A program made the position numbers and the translations under genes. Source: Candidatus Eiseniibacteriota bacterium (GTDB lineage Bacteria; Eisenbacteria; RBG-16-71-46). From it: a stretch of DNA of 50,661 bases. Under the pieces are notes generated by a model that did not search any database, had not been told where the DNA came from, and saw nothing but the letters and a program-made list of their open reading frames with translations. This document shows, one piece after another, positions 9,715-18,787 of this stretch; within the stretch, counting starts at the first letter, position 1, and the number at the start of each line of letters is the position of its first letter. The DNA lies in NCBI GenBank assembly GCA_963717935.1, contig CAVQXP010000005.1, positions 1 through 50,661 of the forward strand, written 5' to 3'.

Positions 9715-10401
9715 GCGACCGGACCTCCCGTCCGCCGGTCGAGATACTCGGTCACGAAGGTCGCGCTGTTGCTGCTGATGACGCGCAATCGCGTCGAGCA
9801 GGTGGTTGTAGCCCACCACCGCGGGGATGGCCGCTGCCAGCCCCGCCACCGTGGTGATGAGCGCTTCGGCGATCCCGGGCGCCACCACGACCAACGAGGC
9901 GGAACCCTGCGCGCCGATGCTGAGGAAGGCGCTCATCACCCCCCACACCGTGCCCGTGAGCCCGATGAAGGGCGATACACTGCCGGCCGTGGCCAGGAAC
10001 CCCACGTGGCGCTCCAGCCGCGCCAGCTCGTCGCCCGCGGCGCGCTCCATGGCACGCTGGGCCCGCTCGTAGCGCGAAGTGGGCGTGGATCCGGCTCCGG
10101 CCGGCTCCGCGAGCGCCCGCTCACCGACGCGGGTCAGCCGGCCCAGCACGCTGGCCGGATGGGACTCCACGGGCGGGTCTTGCCCGCGTGCCGCGCGAAA
10201 CGCGCCCAGGAACTCGCGGTCCGCGCGCTGCACGCGCAGGTAGAGCCGCAGCCGCTCCACGATGATGGCCCAGGTGTAGACCGAGATCCCGAGCAGCAGC
10301 AGCAGGATGAACTTGGCGAACAAGCCGGAGGCAGCGACGAGAGCGGGTACCGACGCACGCAGTCCGACGCTGGCCTGCAGGATGAAGACACCCAATGCCA
10401 T
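9711..10401 (-). CDS. tolQ: TolQ/ExbB (1-nt frameshift ~9796)
   Basis: FLATAGSVSPFIGLTGTVWGVM...VVAPGIAEALITTVAGLAAAIPAV; the true C-terminus TRLRVISSNSATFVTEYLDRRTGGPVA* lies in the shifted frame. Confidence 0.9.
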
Positions 10402-10496
10402 AGGCCTCACGCTCCCTGTGAAGGTGGGTCGGGTGGAGAACCCGACCGCCAACCGCCGCCGCGGCCTTCCGGGCCGCGAACCAGTCTGGCATCCGT

Positions 10497-10525
10497 AAGC
10501 TAGCATACGCGATGGGGCCTCTCAA
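10497..10525 (-). promoter_or_regulatory. Putative sigma70 promoter for the tol-pal operon
   Basis: TTGAGA-17-TAGCTT with TG extension. Confidence 0.5.
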
Positions 10526-10808
10526 GACCCGGAGCGGGCCCGGACGGCACCGTAGAAGGAGGTCGCGCAGAGGTGGAACCGGGCACGGATGCGGACGGAG
10601 ACCGCTCCAACCGAGGGCCGAGACCGGGTGTCACCTCCGCCACGAGATGTCCCGGCGTGGTCTGAAGAAGTTCAAGCGCGTGCAAAGAACTCGGCGCTCG
10701 CGTGCACCGCGCGACTCAGAGGGAGTAAAGTCGCTTGGCTGAGGCATCCACGGTCGGACCGGCCCGCCCCCGGCCCACCTCACGGGAACACGCGAAAGGA
10801 AGGACCGG

Positions 10809-11312
10809 TTGAGACGTTTCCTCATCCCCCTGGTGCTGTCGCTGGCCCTCGTCGGCATCGCCCTCGGGTGGCAGTCCTTCACGCCGGCCCGGGCGCCGCG
10901 CGGCGCCGCGCAGCCCTTCGCCGTCCGGACCCTCGACGGCCGGACCCTGCGCCTCGCCGAGCTGCGCGGCCGCCCGGTCATCCTCGACTTCTGGGCGACC
11001 TGGTGCGCCCCCTGCCGGGCCAGCATGCCGCAGCTGAGCGCGATGCAGGACCGCTACGGCAGCCGTGGCCTCGTCATCGTGGGGCTCTCGGTGGACGACG
11101 ACGGGCAGCCCCAGGCGGTGCGGCGCTTCGCGGAGCGCCTGGACCTGCGCTTCCCGGTGGCGATGGCGAGTGAGGGCATGCTCGACGACTACGGCCCCAT
11201 CCGCTCCATCCCGACCACCATCTTCATCGACCGGCGCGGTAGCATCGTGCGCCGCGTGGTCGGCTACGTGGACGAGGAGACACTCGAGGGGTTCATCCGC
11301 GAGATCCTCTAG
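10809..11312 (+). CDS. TlpA/ResA-like membrane-anchored thiol-disulfide oxidoreductase
   Basis: N-terminal TM; VILDFWATWCAPC; SIPTTIFIDRRG; AAGGA RBS with TTG start. Confidence 0.9.
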   Translation: MRRFLIPLVLSLALVGIALGWQSFTPARAPRGAAQPFAVRTLDGRTLRLAELRGRPVILDFWATWCAPCRASMPQLSAMQDRYGSRGLVIVGLSVDDDGQPQAVRRFAERLDLRFPVAMASEGMLDDYGPIRSIPTTIFIDRRGSIVRRVVGYVDEETLEGFIREIL

Positions 11313-11384
11313 CGCGCTCCGGTCGGGTCGGCGCGACCCGCTGAAGCAGCGAAGCCACGCCGACTGCGCGTGGCCTCGTGAGTG

Positions 11385-11469
<85 letters not shown>

Positions 11470-11490
11470 ACTCGAGTTCCTGAGGGGTCC

Positions 11491-11871
11491 TCAGCGGCCG
11501 CCAGCCGGGGCGCCGGGCGAGGGCGTCGTGGCCGGCGCCGGAGCGCTCCCGCCACCACCGGACTGCGGCATCTGGGCCGGAGCGTTCTCGGCCGCCCTGC
11601 GGGCCTCCTGGTTGATCAGGCTCCTCGCTCGCGTGGAACTGATGTTCGAGCTCATCAGCGCCAGCACCAGCGAGGTGGCGAAGAAGAGGCCCCCGAGCAC
11701 CATGGTGGCGCGCGTCATGAAATCGGTGGCCCCGCGGCCGCCGAACACGGTCTGGGCCGAGCCTCCGAAGGCACCGCCCGCGAGTCCACCGCCCTTGCCG
11801 GACTGCACGAGCACGACAGCGACGAGGGCCACACAGATCAGCAGGTGGAAGAAGATCAGGAAGATGTACAT
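11491..11871 (-). CDS. secG: Preprotein translocase subunit SecG
   Basis: VVLVQSGKGGGLAGGAFGGSAQTVFGGRGATDFMTRAT. Confidence 0.95.
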   Translation of the reverse strand: MYIFLIFFHLLICVALVAVVLVQSGKGGGLAGGAFGGSAQTVFGGRGATDFMTRATMVLGGLFFATSLVLALMSSNISSTRARSLINQEARRAAENAPAQMPQSGGGGSAPAPATTPSPGAPAGGR

Positions 11872-11946
11872 GGCATCCTCGGGGACACGTTTCCGCCGCG
11901 GAGCGCAAACCACCGCCCCGGTCCGCAGCATCCGAAGCAGCGAGAG

Positions 11947-11975
11947 AGACTAGCAATCACCCCTGCGCCCGTCAA
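11947..11975 (-). promoter_or_regulatory. Putative sigma70 promoter for secG-tRNA-Leu
   Basis: TTGACG-17-TAGTCT with TG extension. Confidence 0.6.
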
Positions 11976-12004
11976 ACGACCGGGCTGGATCGCGGCACGA
12001 CCGG

Positions 12005-12781
12005 CTAGGATGCCGCGGCGATGATGCGCCAGAACGAGGCCGCTTCGAGGGCGGCCCCGCCCACGAGCGCCCCGTCCAGTTCCTCGTCCGCGAACATGGC
12101 CGCTGCGTTGGCCGCGTTCACGCTGCCTCCGTACAGGATGCTGATGCGGGCGCCCGTGCCCGTCCCCACGACCCGGTCCAGCGTGGCGCGCAGCACCTGG
12201 TGCGCCTCGCGGGCCTGCTCGACCGTGGCGACGCGGCCCGTGCCGATCGCCCAGACGGGCTCGTAGGCAACCACCGTAGCCAGCGCCTGAGCAGCGTCGA
12301 GCCCCTCGTAGGCGACCCTCGCCTGGCGCACGAGCACCTCGGCCGTGCGCTCCGCCTCGCGCTCGGCCAGGGTCTCCCCCATGCAGACGATTGGCGTCAG
12401 ACCGTCACGCTGGGCCGAACGCAGCTTCTGCGCCACGAGCGCATCGTCCTCGCCCATCCCGTGGCGGCGTTCGGAGTGCCCGACGATCACGAAGCGGCAG
12501 CCGAGCGCGGCCAGCATCGCCCCCGACACCTCGCCCGTGAAGGCCCCGTGGGTGGCCGGATGGAGGTTCTGCCCACCAAGGTAAAACGGGCTGCCCTTCA
12601 GCGCCTCCCCCACCGCGTGCAGCGCGGGGAACGGCGGACAGAGGGCCACCGCGCACCCGGGGCTCGCACCGCCCGCCAGCGCGACCAGCTCGCGGGCCAG
12701 GGCGGACGCCTCGGGCGCCGTCTTGTGCATCTTCCAGTTCCCGGCGACGAGCCGGGGCCGCCGCGGCCAGGGCCCGGGCAT
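12005..12781 (-). CDS. tpiA: Triosephosphate isomerase
   Basis: AGNWKMH, GAFTGEVS, GHSERR, AYEPVWAIGTG, YGGSV. Confidence 0.97.
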   Translation of the reverse strand: MPGPWPRRPRLVAGNWKMHKTAPEASALARELVALAGGASPGCAVALCPPFPALHAVGEALKGSPFYLGGQNLHPATHGAFTGEVSGAMLAALGCRFVIVGHSERRHGMGEDDALVAQKLRSAQRDGLTPIVCMGETLAEREAERTAEVLVRQARVAYEGLDAAQALATVVAYEPVWAIGTGRVATVEQAREAHQVLRATLDRVVGTGTGARISILYGGSVNAANAAAMFADEELDGALVGGAALEAASFWRIIAAAS

Positions 12782-13980
12782 CAGACGCCGTCCAGGGCGG
12801 CCACGCCGGGCAGCACCTTGCCCTCGAGGAACTCGAGGGAGGCGCCACCACCGGTGGACAGGTGACTGAACTTCTCCGCCAGGCCGGCCTGCTGGATGGC
12901 GGCGACCGAATCGCCACCGCCCACGACCGTGACCGCGCCGTGAGCGGTGAGTTCGGCCATCGCCCGGGCCACGCCCAGCGTGCCCCCGGCAAAGGCCGGG
13001 ACCTCGAAGATCCCCATCGGGCCGTTCCAGACCACGGTCTTCGCGCCCTTGAGCTTCGCCGCGAAGAGCTTCACCGACTCCGGTCCGATGTCCACGCCCA
13101 TCTCTTCGGGGCCCAGACGATCGAGCGGGACCACGCGCCCGGGTGCGCTGCCGTCCGCCGCGGTCGAGACCACGCAGTCCACCGGCAGCACCAGATCCAC
13201 CCCGCGGGCCTTCGCCTGCTCGAGCACGGCCTTCGCCATGTCGAGCCGGTCGTCCTCGACCAGCGACTTCCCGGTCGGGCGCCCCTGCGCCTTGAGGAAC
13301 GTGAACATCATCGCTCCACCCACCAGCAACCGGTCCACCTTGCCCAGCAGTTGCGTGAGCACGTCGATCTTGCCCGAGATCTTCGCACCGCCCAGCACCG
13401 CGACGAACGGCCGCTGCGGGCTCTCGAGCGTCCGTCCCAGGTACTCGAGCTCCTTCTGCATGAGGAACCCGGCCACGGCCGGGCGCAGGAAGTGCGTCAC
13501 GCCCTCGGTCGAGCCGTGCGCGCGGTGCGCCGTGCCGAAGGCGTCGTTCACGTACAGCTCGCCCAGCGCGGCCAGCCGCTGCGCGAAGCCGGCGTCGTTC
13601 GCCTCCTCCTCGGGGTGGAAGCGCAGGTTCTCGAGCAACAGCACCTGGCCGTCCTGGAGCGAGCGGGCCAGGGCCTCCACCTCGGGCCCCACGCAGTCCG
13701 GGGCGAACGCCACCGGCTGGCGGAGCAGACGCTCGAGGTGCGCGGCCACGGGCTTGAGACTGCTCTTGGTGTCCGGCCCGCCCTTGGGCCGCCCGAGGTG
13801 CGACATCAGGATGACGCGCGCCTTCTGCTCGATCAGGTAGCGGATCGTCGGCAGCGCCGCCACGATGCGCGAGTCGTCGCCGACCTGGCCGTCCTTGACC
13901 GGCACGTTGAAGTCCACGCGCACCAGGACACGCTTGCCGGCCGGCCGCAGGTCCTTGAGCCCCTTCTTGACGTCGCCCAT
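12781..13980 (-). CDS. pgk: Phosphoglycerate kinase
   Basis: VRVDFNVP, SHLGRP, LLENLRF, NDAFGTAHR, WNGPMG, STGGGASLEFLEG. Confidence 0.98.
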   Translation of the reverse strand: MGDVKKGLKDLRPAGKRVLVRVDFNVPVKDGQVGDDSRIVAALPTIRYLIEQKARVILMSHLGRPKGGPDTKSSLKPVAAHLERLLRQPVAFAPDCVGPEVEALARSLQDGQVLLLENLRFHPEEEANDAGFAQRLAALGELYVNDAFGTAHRAHGSTEGVTHFLRPAVAGFLMQKELEYLGRTLESPQRPFVAVLGGAKISGKIDVLTQLLGKVDRLLVGGAMMFTFLKAQGRPTGKSLVEDDRLDMAKAVLEQAKARGVDLVLPVDCVVSTAADGSAPGRVVPLDRLGPEEMGVDIGPESVKLFAAKLKGAKTVVWNGPMGIFEVPAFAGGTLGVARAMAELTAHGAVTVVGGGDSVAAIQQAGLAEKFSHLSTGGGASLEFLEGKVLPGVAALDGV

Positions 13981-13990
13981 GGCCCCTCCC

Positions 13991-14989
13991 CTACGCCATC
14001 ATCAGCAGGGCGTCCACGACGCGCTGCGAGAAGCCCCACTCGTTGTCGTACCAGGAGAGGACCTTGACCAGGTTCCCGCCCATGACGTTCGTGGAGAGCG
14101 AGTCGAAGACACTGCTGTGCGGGTTGCCGATCACGTCGGTGGAGACGATGGGGTCGGTGCAGAACTCGAGGATGCCCTTCATCGGCCCCTCGGCCGCCGC
14201 CTTCATCGCGGCGTTGATCTCGTCCTTCGTCGTGCTCCTGCGAACCTCCACGACGAGGTCCACGAGCGAGCCATCCGGGGTCGGCACGCGGACCGCGAGG
14301 CCGTCCAGCTTGCCCTTGAGCTCCGGCAGGACCTCGCCGATGGCCTTCGCCGCGCCCGTCGAGGTCGGGATCATGCTCATCGCCGCCGCGCGCGCGCGCC
14401 GCAGGTCCTTGTGCGGCAGGTCGAGGATCTTCTGGTCGTTGGTGTAGGCATGGATCGTGGTCATGAAGCCGCGCTCGATGCCGGCGAGGTCGTTCAACAC
14501 CTTCGCGACCGGCGCCAGGCAGTTCGTCGTGCACGACCCGATGCTCACGACCTGGTGCTTCGTCTTGTCGAAGAGCTTGTCGTTGACACCGATGACGAAG
14601 GTCAGGTCGCCGCCCTTGGTCGGCGCCGACACCACCACGTTGCGGGCGCCCGCGGCCAGATGCAGCGACGCGCCGGCCCTGTCCGTGAACTTGCCCGTGG
14701 CCTCGAGCACGACGTCCACGCCCAGCGCCTTCCACGGCAGCTTGGCCGGGTCCTTCTCCGCCAGCACCTGGATCTTCCTGCCCGCCACCTCGAGGCTGCC
14801 CTCCACGACCTTGCCGGCCTTCGGCCAGACGCGGTGCACCGAGTCGTACTTCAGGAGGTGCGCGAGCGTCGGAGCGTCGGTGATGTCGTTGACCGCCACG
14901 AACTCGATGGGGACACCGCGGTCCACGGCTGCACGCACCACCAGACGACCGATCCGGCCGAAGCCACTGATCCCGACCCGAACTGCCAT
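13991..14989 (-). CDS. gap: Glyceraldehyde-3-phosphate dehydrogenase type I
   Basis: [45 protein letters not shown]. Confidence 0.98.
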   Translation of the reverse strand: MAVRVGISGFGRIGRLVVRAAVDRGVPIEFVAVNDITDAPTLAHLLKYDSVHRVWPKAGKVVEGSLEVAGRKIQVLAEKDPAKLPWKALGVDVVLEATGKFTDRAGASLHLAAGARNVVVSAPTKGGDLTFVIGVNDKLFDKTKHQVVSIGSCTTNCLAPVAKVLNDLAGIERGFMTTIHAYTNDQKILDLPHKDLRRARAAAMSMIPTSTGAAKAIGEVLPELKGKLDGLAVRVPTPDGSLVDLVVEVRRSTTKDEINAAMKAAAEGPMKGILEFCTDPIVSTDVIGNPHSSVFDSLSTNVMGGNLVKVLSWYDNEWGFSQRVVDALLMMA

Positions 14990-15059
14990 GTTCGTTCCTC
15001 CTCCTGTGGCTCGAGACGAATCTCGATGGTTCCTCAGAGACGGCCGGCGCCGGTCGGCG

Positions 15060-16097
15060 TCAGCCGAAGAAGACCCGCGCGGTTTCGAGCAACTCCGCGG
15101 GCACGGTGCGCGGGCCCTGTCGCACCACGGTCAGATCCACGGACGTGATGCGCCCGCCCTGCAGGCTCACCATGCGCCCGTACTCGCCCTTGACGGCCAG
15201 ATCCACCGCGGCCACGCCCATGCGGGAGCCCAGCAGGCGGTCGAACGGGGTGGGCGTGCCGCCCCGCTGCACGAACCCGAGGATGACGGTGCGCGTCTCG
15301 GTCTCGAGCCGCGCCTCGATCTCGCGCGCCAGCAATTCGCCCACCCCGCCGTAGCGCGGCCGGCCGAACGCATCCATGTGCTGTGGGATCTCGAGCGTCT
15401 TCCCGTCCGGGTCGGGCTCGAAGAGCGCCCCCTCGGCCACCACCACGATGCTGAAGAAGCGGCCGCGCGCCTGCCGGTGACGGATGTAGTTGCAGACCTC
15501 GTGCACGCTGGTGGGGCTCTCCGGGGCCACCACGACGTCGGCGCCCCCCGCTATGCCTCCGCACACCGCGATCCAGCCCGCGCTGCGCCCCATCACCTCG
15601 AGCACGATCACCCGGTCGTGAGACTCCGCCGTGGTGTGAAGCGCGTCCACGGCGTCCACGACATGGCGCAGCGCGGTGTCGAAGCCGAAGGAGTAGTCCG
15701 TCTCCGGCACGTCGTTGTCGATGGTCTTGGGAACACCGATGATGGGCACGCCCGCTTCCCACAGCCGCGCGGCGGCGGACAGGGTACCGTCGCCCCCGCA
15801 CACGAGCAACCCGTCCAGTTCGTGCAGGGCCAGGGCGTCCTTCACGGCCTGCACGCCACCCTCCTCGCGGAACGGGTCGGTGCGGGACGTGCCGAGGATC
15901 GTGCCTCCCCGCGGCAGGATGCCCTTGATGGCCGGCAGGTCGAGGTCGCGGGCCCTGGACTTGAAGAGCCCCAGCCAGCCATCCTCGAAGCCCACCATCT
16001 GGCCCTGGTAGGTGCGCACCACGCGCACGACGGCTGCCCGGATGAGCGCGTTGAGCCCCGGACAGTCGCCACCGCCGGTCAGGATGCCCAGACGCAT
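15060..16097 (-). CDS. pfkA: 6-phosphofructokinase (PfkA family, group III-like)
   Basis: [43 protein letters not shown]. Confidence 0.95.
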   Translation of the reverse strand: MRLGILTGGGDCPGLNALIRAAVVRVVRTYQGQMVGFEDGWLGLFKSRARDLDLPAIKGILPRGGTILGTSRTDPFREEGGVQAVKDALALHELDGLLVCGGDGTLSAAARLWEAGVPIIGVPKTIDNDVPETDYSFGFDTALRHVVDAVDALHTTAESHDRVIVLEVMGRSAGWIAVCGGIAGGADVVVAPESPTSVHEVCNYIRHRQARGRFFSIVVVAEGALFEPDPDGKTLEIPQHMDAFGRPRYGGVGELLAREIEARLETETRTVILGFVQRGGTPTPFDRLLGSRMGVAAVDLAVKGEYGRMVSLQGGRITSVDLTVVRQGPRTVPAELLETARVFFG

Positions 16098-16166
16098 GCC
16101 GACACTCCAGCCCCGGAGAGATTCATCGGTCAGGGACGATTAAGGATGGAACGGCGAAACACGGCG

Positions 16167-16195
16167 AATATGCCCGATGGTTCGGGGGGGGTCAA
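16167..16195 (-). promoter_or_regulatory. Putative sigma70 promoter for pfk-gap-pgk-tpi
   Basis: TTGACC-17-CATATT. Confidence 0.5.
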
Positions 16196-16314
16196 GGACG
16201 GCCGGGCACACGATCGAAAGGAAGCCGGTGGAAGGCTACGCCGCGGCAGGGCGACAGAGCCGCCCGTCGGCTCGAATCGGCCGGGAGGCGGAAGCGCCCG
16301 CCGGGCCGCCGGCG

Positions 16315-17781
16315 TCACTCCGTCGTGTAACGCAGCCGGTAGTCCCCCACGCCAAGCTCGTCCACGAACAGGAAGACGAGCCGCTTGCGGCGCACGCGGC
16401 CGGCGGCGGCGGGGTCCGCGTCGGGAGGCAGTCCGATCGGGCCCTCGTAGATCCAGAACTCGAAGGGGCGCTGGTCGCCACCGGGGCCCTTCGCGTTGAC
16501 GTCACCGATCGCACGGTCTTCGTTCGCGATGATCTGCGTGATGATCAGGTCCACGGTCTGGTCCCCCGTGGGGATCACCTGGTCCACGACCTCGCTCGGC
16601 TCGCCGTAGCGGATGTAGACCCGTCCCATGTCGGAGAACATCCCCTTGCCGAGACCGGGCCGGGTGTAGACCCGGTTCGCGTGGGCCACCCGCCGGAGGA
16701 ACGTCGTCCGGGCCTCGTTCTCACGGGTCTCGGGAGCGGGATCGCGCAGCGCCCAGAAGTCGTCGAGATAGCGTTCCTGCTCCCCGGGGGAGAGCAGCGC
16801 GAAGGCCTCCTCGTCCTCGGCTCCCAGCAGGAAGTGCACGTCGTCCTGGACCTCCCGCGGGTTTCGCAGCCACGAGTCGGGCTGCCAGGCCATGTCGAAG
16901 CGGGCGCGCCTCACGAGCGGGGCCGCATCCCCTTCCTGCCAGACCCGCAACTCCAGATCGTAGCCACCAGCCGGCGCCGTCGAGAGGTCCACCGCCACAC
17001 CGCCCTGGAGCACGCGCGTCGCGGCCGCGGTGCTCTCCCGCGTCGCGATCGCCCGTCCCCCACCGTCGAGGACGCGAGCCGTCCAGTGCCAGGGCCGTTC
17101 CGCACCCGACCGCGCCACGAAGGCCGCTCGCAACTCCGATGCGAAGAGCCCGTACAGCCGCTCCGGGTCGGGCAGCAGGGTTCGTCCACCCCGTTCGAAC
17201 ACCGTCGCTCGCCCGCCCACGCGCTCCGTCCAGAGGAACTCGATGTCGGAGAGGTCGCGCCCATCCACGGGCGCAGCCACGCGCACCTCGCCCTCGACGC
17301 GAGCCGCGGAGCTCGCCCACCCGAGGACCCCGCGCTTGCGCGAGAGCACGTCGTCCACGCGCACGAACAGGCGGTGGCTTCCCGGCCGCGTCGGGAACCG
17401 CAGCCCGATCACCTTGCCGAAGCCCCCCGTCGAATCCACCGGTTCGATGGCGAACTCCTGCGTCTGCTCCTGGGTTCCCGCCCCGCCGAAGGCACCACGG
17501 AGCCGCGCGGTCACGCGCAACCGGGCCACCCCCTGGGCGTCCCGCATCAGCGCCGCCAGCGTGCCGTTCGGGACCCGCACATAGACCTCGAGCGACGTGC
17601 CGGAGGAATCCGGGAACGCCGCGGCATCCACGGTGAAGCCCTTGCGCCCGCCCACACGCCAGGGCAGCGGCCCCTCGTCCGGGCCTGCGGCCCCGGCCGG
17701 GCCGGCCACGCTCAGGGCCAGCATGGACGCCAAGGCAAGACGCGCCCCCGACAGGGAGCGCGTCCGGTACGGCTTCGTCAT
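16315..17781 (-). CDS. GWxTD-domain exported protein
   Basis: Signal peptide; FW..RDP.PET.ENE....F..RV.HAN..Y...GMFSDMGRVYIRYGEP...FEFWIY...FLFVD..G.GDYRL, the GWxTD-domain pattern with a variant core motif. Confidence 0.8.
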   Translation of the reverse strand: MTKPYRTRSLSGARLALASMLALSVAGPAGAAGPDEGPLPWRVGGRKGFTVDAAAFPDSSGTSLEVYVRVPNGTLAALMRDAQGVARLRVTARLRGAFGGAGTQEQTQEFAIEPVDSTGGFGKVIGLRFPTRPGSHRLFVRVDDVLSRKRGVLGWASSAARVEGEVRVAAPVDGRDLSDIEFLWTERVGGRATVFERGGRTLLPDPERLYGLFASELRAAFVARSGAERPWHWTARVLDGGGRAIATRESTAAATRVLQGGVAVDLSTAPAGGYDLELRVWQEGDAAPLVRRARFDMAWQPDSWLRNPREVQDDVHFLLGAEDEEAFALLSPGEQERYLDDFWALRDPAPETRENEARTTFLRRVAHANRVYTRPGLGKGMFSDMGRVYIRYGEPSEVVDQVIPTGDQTVDLIITQIIANEDRAIGDVNAKGPGGDQRPFEFWIYEGPIGLPPDADPAAAGRVRRKRLVFLFVDELGVGDYRLRYTTE

Positions 17782-17806
17782 CAGACTGTCTCGCGACGTC
17801 CAGCGA

Positions 17807-18760
17807 TCAGAACAGGAACGTGAGCGAGAAGCGGTGGACACTGCCCAGGTCCTTCATGTCCGTATAGGCGTAGTCCAGGTCGGCCATGCCAGCCACGGAG
17901 ACCGGCACGTGGAACCCGACCCCGCCGGCGATGCCCTCGGAATCGTAGTTGAAGTTGTAGCCGCCCCGCAGGAACAGGTACTTGCGGAACGAGTACTCCG
18001 CCCCCATGTTGAGCCGCTCCGAGTTGTCCGGCGGGTGCGAGAACTCCAGCGACCCGATCAGCTTCTGGTCACCCCGCTGCATCAGCATCGCCGAGGTGCC
18101 GACCCGGAAGATGGACGGCATCCGCGCCGAGCGGTCGATGAAGCTGATCTGCGAGCCGATGTTCGAGATCGCCATGCCGATGCGCATCCCCAGCGTGCCC
18201 ACGTCGTACAGCGTGCCCACATCGAAGGCCATGGTCGACTGGGTGTACTCAGCCAGCCCCTCGCTGATGAAGTTGCCGGTGACACCGGCACTGAACTTGT
18301 CCGTGAACGAGCGCGCGTAGGTCAGCCCGACGCTCATCATGCCGGCATCGAACGTCCTGCCCGTGCCGATCAGGGGATCCGGCTGGTAGGCCGTCGTCTC
18401 CACCATGGGCTGCATGGAGAGCGAGCGCGCGTGGATCGCAAAGGCACCGGGGATCCGGCGCATGTGGAAGACATAGCCGATCTGGTCGAAAGAAAGCTCG
18501 GCCGGCCAGTTCGCATGATTCAGCGAGAGCTCGGACTTGTCCGGCTCGATCCGCGCGATGCCTGCGGCGTTCCAGTAGACGGAGGTGGCGTCGTCCGCCA
18601 CCCCGACGAAGGCCCCGCCCATGGCCGCCGCCCGGGCACCGACGGCGATCTTGAGGAACTGACCGTCGAACGTCCCGACCTTCTCGAAGATGTTAGCCGC
18701 GCCTGCCCAACAGGGGATGAGCAGCCCCGCCAGGCCCAGCGCCGCGATGACCTTTCTCAC
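17807..18760 (-). CDS. PorV/PorQ family outer-membrane beta-barrel
   Basis: KVGT..GQFLKIAVGARAAAMGGAFVGVADDATSVYWNAAGIA N-terminal hatch; amphipathic strands; C-terminal HRFSLTFLF. Confidence 0.85.
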   Translation of the reverse strand: MRKVIAALGLAGLLIPCWAGAANIFEKVGTFDGQFLKIAVGARAAAMGGAFVGVADDATSVYWNAAGIARIEPDKSELSLNHANWPAELSFDQIGYVFHMRRIPGAFAIHARSLSMQPMVETTAYQPDPLIGTGRTFDAGMMSVGLTYARSFTDKFSAGVTGNFISEGLAEYTQSTMAFDVGTLYDVGTLGMRIGMAISNIGSQISFIDRSARMPSIFRVGTSAMLMQRGDQKLIGSLEFSHPPDNSERLNMGAEYSFRKYLFLRGGYNFNYDSEGIAGGVGFHVPVSVAGMADLDYAYTDMKDLGSVHRFSLTFLF

Positions 18761-18787
18761 TGCGATCCTCCTCTCTCGCTCCCGCGC

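Noticed and set aside
9307..10506. Apparent TolQ-TolR fusion (399 aa)
   Set aside because: One extra base near 9796; removing it restores a normal TolQ end whose TGA overlaps the tolR GTG.
10526..10808. Possible ncRNA or short basic ORF (MSRRGLKKFKRVQRTRR...) between tolQ and tlpA
   Set aside because: No recognisable RNA family or RBS; consistent with a divergent promoter region.
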